Source: Marsupella aquatica
Taxonomy: Eukaryota > Plantae > Marchantiophyta
Length of the DNA stretch: 64,000 nucleotides
Assembly (NCBI GenBank): GCA_973895155.1
Contig: OZ316894.1
Span: 15,368,699-15,432,698, forward strand
Direction of reading: 5' to 3'
The notes beneath the pieces were generated by a model. That model was not told where the DNA came from, did no database searches, and worked only from the letters and a program-made list of their open reading frames with translations. This document shows positions 60,745-64,000 of this stretch, in pieces. The translations under genes were made by a program, and so were the position numbers. Position 1 is the stretch's first letter. Every line of letters starts with the position of its first letter.

Positions 60745-61233
60745 TAAGGTGAGATATCTGATACAGCTCTCACACCTGTGCCTATTACTATACATGATTG
60801 GACTCTGATATGGTCATGGGTGTACATGCAGAGGCGGTACATTTGAGGACAGCGGAGGAGGTGGTGACACCCTCCAACATTTAGGAATTTGGTGTCATTC
60901 ACTTGACAATAGGTACACTACTCAAGAACCTGTTTTTTTTTCTTTTGGGGTGGTTTAGGGTTTGTGAGAATTTATTACACATTATGCTAACTCTTTTGGC
61001 AGATACACTCAAGGATATATGGAACACAAATACCACCATTAGGCATCCTTGTTCACTGCTGTCCATGACTGCAGAGCTCCCAGCCTGTTACAATGCACCC
61101 TGGTCACCACCCTCCCCAGACCCAACCCAGGGCACAGGCACTACCTTTGCATCATCCCACAAGGATATCACGCCATGATAATAAGCTTTGGCAGCATGAA
61201 AGGTTACGAACCAGACTTTCAGGAGCCAGTAGG

Positions 61234-64000
61234 ATGAAATGTCCTTGTGCAATCTGCCAAGGATCCCGTACCAGGGGTCTGAACGAGGTTTGGCGGCATA
61301 TCGCGGTTCATGGAAGAGATCCACGACATCGAGTTTGGAATGATCCTGCAGAGGAAGATTCTTCCGACGAGGAGTGGAGGTTAGAATTTGATGCTGGCAA
61401 TGCTGCAAGATGGGCAAGTGAGGTTCTGCCTGGTGCATTTGAAAATGTTGTAGCTGGTCTCTGTGGGTTGTCAGCTCTCCAACGGGATGGTGCTCAGGCA
61501 GCACCATGTGACGAAGGAATTCATGTGGAAGAGATGGTGAGAGACATCTTCCAAGACTTGGATGCATTTCACGATGGGCTGGACAACGAAGAGGATACGG
61601 CTGCAGATGCAAGTGTGCCCCCTGTCAAAGAGCCTGTTGATGAGTTTGAGATAGGGCAGGAAACCCCTGGGCATGATGGGATGTTTGGCTCTCCCCTGCA
61701 AATACAGGAAGGCAGGAAGTCTTTGTACCCCGATAGCAAATGTTCTAAACTGGGATTTGTCATCATGTTCCTGAACATTTGCGGCAACCACAATGTCCCC
61801 AACGTTTTGGTTTCTGAGTTGTTGGCATTCTTGCGAACAACTGTGCTACCAGATGGTAATATTTTGCCCAAGAACATGTACGAGGCAAAAAGATGCATAT
61901 CTAATCTTGGATTGAACTATGATTCCATCCATGCCTGTCCTGATGGGCATGTTCTTTTCATAAAGGAGTATGCAGAATCGTTGACATGCCCTAAGTGTGG
62001 GAAGCACAGGTATCGGAACTTAGGAAAGTCTATGGTTCCCGCCAAGGTACTTCGTCATTTTCCACTCATTCCCAGACTTCAGCGGATGTTCAGAAGCAGT
62101 GCCATCTCGGAGATGATGACTTGGGCAACTGACAAGAAAAGTGATGATGGGCTACAATGACATGCTGCAGATTCAAGGTAGTGGAAACTCATAGATGAGA
62201 TGTATCCCAAATTTGCTGCTGAGCTGAGGAATGTCAGACTTGGGCTGTCATTGGATGGGGTCAACCCATTTGGAGACAAGAACAACAAATTTTTGTGTTG
62301 GCCTGAAACTATTTTGAATTATAACCTTCCTCCATAGATGACTACAAAGCGATTTTTTGTTCTGATGGTCCTACTGATACCAGGGCCAGACAGTGTTGTA
62401 TCTGCCAGCATAGATGTGTTTTTGGCTCCCCTAGTGGAGGAATTGAGAAAGCTTTGGGAGGAAGGAGTCCTCACATATGATGTCCTACAGAGGCTTGGGA
62501 GGTTAAACCCATTCATCCTTAGAGCCATCGTCATTCTGACTATAGCTGACTACCCAGCCCATGGGATGATATCAGGCCAAACAACAAAAGGATATTGTGC
62601 TTGTACTATTTATGGGCGCAATGTCACCAGTGAGTACTCCAGAGCCCTGCAGAAAGTAATATACATGGGGCCATCGTCATTTTTTGAAGGCAGATCACCC
62701 TTACAAAGAAAGATAGGCACTGATTGCACACTTTGGCAATGAGATTGAGCAACGTGGACCCCCAGCACGAGTGACCAAAGAGGAGATCAGGCAGTGGGGA
62801 GCACTGAGGGATGACTATATCAAACGAGGGGGCAGGGAAGATGGAGTGAGTGATCCAATAAAGCGATATGGTGTAAAAAGACTGAGCATATTGGACTTGG
62901 AGCTCAAGTATTGGAGGGTAAGCCTCTTGGAGTTGATGCTAATTGGGATACATGTTTTGGTTCAGAGCATGTGCATTCATTTCGAAGAGAGAGACTAAAC
63001 TTGAGGCATTTGCTGACGCTTTTGCATTGCAACGGTGCAGGAGTTTGAGCCAAGCAAACATAACATTGATGTTATGCACATTGAGAAGAATATTTGTGAG
63101 AGTCTACTCAGATTCTTGTGTAAAGAGAAAGACACTGGTTCAGTGAGATTGGATCTTGAATAGAGGGGAATGAAACCCCATCTTTGGTTGAGGCCACATG
63201 CCCACAGAGCTGATGTGCTCTTGAAGTACCAAGCGCCCTATGTTCTGACAAACACAGAGTGGGAACTATTTGTGCAGAGGTTGAGTTCTTTGAAGGTTCC
63301 TTCAAACTATGGCAGTGCTTTCAAGAAGCATATCATGACTAGAAAGCTTGGTAGTATGAAAAGCCATGACTACCATATGTTGATGCAACAGGTGTTGCCT
63401 TTATGTCTGAGGGGCCTGTTGCAGAAGCCTGTTCGTAATGTGATCATGCGACTCAGTGATGTGTTTTGTCATATTTGTGTGAAGGTTTGGGATGAAACAC
63501 ACTTCCCACAACTGATAGAAGATGTCGCTCAGGTGCTGTGTGACCTGGAGATTTATTTTCCTCCCGCATTTTTTGATGTCATGACCCACCTACTTGTCCA
63601 TGTTGTGGAAGAGCTACACCAATTTGGGCCTATGAGTGCTCGTTGGTTGTATCCTTTGGAACGGTACATGAAGCTGCTCAAAGGTCACGTGAGAACATAT
63701 TACAAACCTGAAGCAAGCATGGCTAAAGGTTACATCAAGGATGAGACTCTGGGATTTCTGACCGAATACATAGCACAATATGAGCATGTGAAGACCAGGG
63801 TGTGGAATTCTGATGAGGAGGAAGGGGTGATAGGTGAAGTACTAGAAGGGGCTGCAACCACAAAGAACCTGACCACATCTATGAGGGACTTGGCACATGA
63901 CTTTGTATTGCACAACACTGTGGTGATGGAACCCTGGATACAATGAGTGCATACATGTGCTATAATCCAGTTCATGAGCTTAAATGTTGTGTTCGTGTGG
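61234..64000 (+). pseudogene. CACTA Tnp2/TnpD transposase of CACTA-2, disrupted, runs off the right edge
   Basis: CPCAIC...HIAVHG, IHACPDGH, LRHFPLIPRLQR, IADYPA, DVMHIEKN, MKSHDYH, FPPAFFDVMTHL, RWLYPLER; intron ~62918-63040; several stops. Confidence 0.93.

Larger units (their letters stand above)
19388..64000 (+). mobile_element. CACTA element CACTA-2 (own sequence 19388-22708 + 55755->64000)
   Basis: Terminus CACTAGAAGAAA at 19388 followed by GTCAC/GTGAC-like motifs; transposase from 61234. Linking the two is an inference because the right end is outside the window. Confidence 0.6.

Overview
Eukaryotic (land-plant, probably non-seed-plant) heterochromatin-like window made almost entirely of nested transposable elements; no intact host gene is evident. 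Junctions with both ends in the window are fixed by target-site duplications (TSDs) and rejoined reading frames; elements that run off the edges are inferred from one terminus only. An old Copia (16438-18238) was hit by CACTA-1 (<2379-16437), which holds a Bianca-type Copia (5843-11633) and an LTR element at the left edge. The old Copia was also hit by another LTR element (from 18239), which holds CACTA-2 (19388->64000). CACTA-2 holds an L1 LINE (22709-55739, 15-bp TSD). The L1 holds a 15.5-kb Gypsy with 4.6-kb LTRs (23694-39171) and a 5'-truncated second LINE (~42761-54056), which holds a non-autonomous MULE (43067-53707), which holds a young Copia (44268-50871). Most notable: (1) CACTA-1 has a SET-domain exon inside what appears to be the first intron of its transposase, sharing a Zn-binding first exon; (2) CACTA-2 carries, upstream of its transposase, a co-oriented cassette of an EDM2-like PHD module, tandem BRCT, an F-box-only ORF and a Cys-rich ORF; (3) both Gypsy LTRs contain a whole ~1200-aa PMD-like/coiled-coil gene. 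All family assignments come from motif recognition by eye, not database searches.
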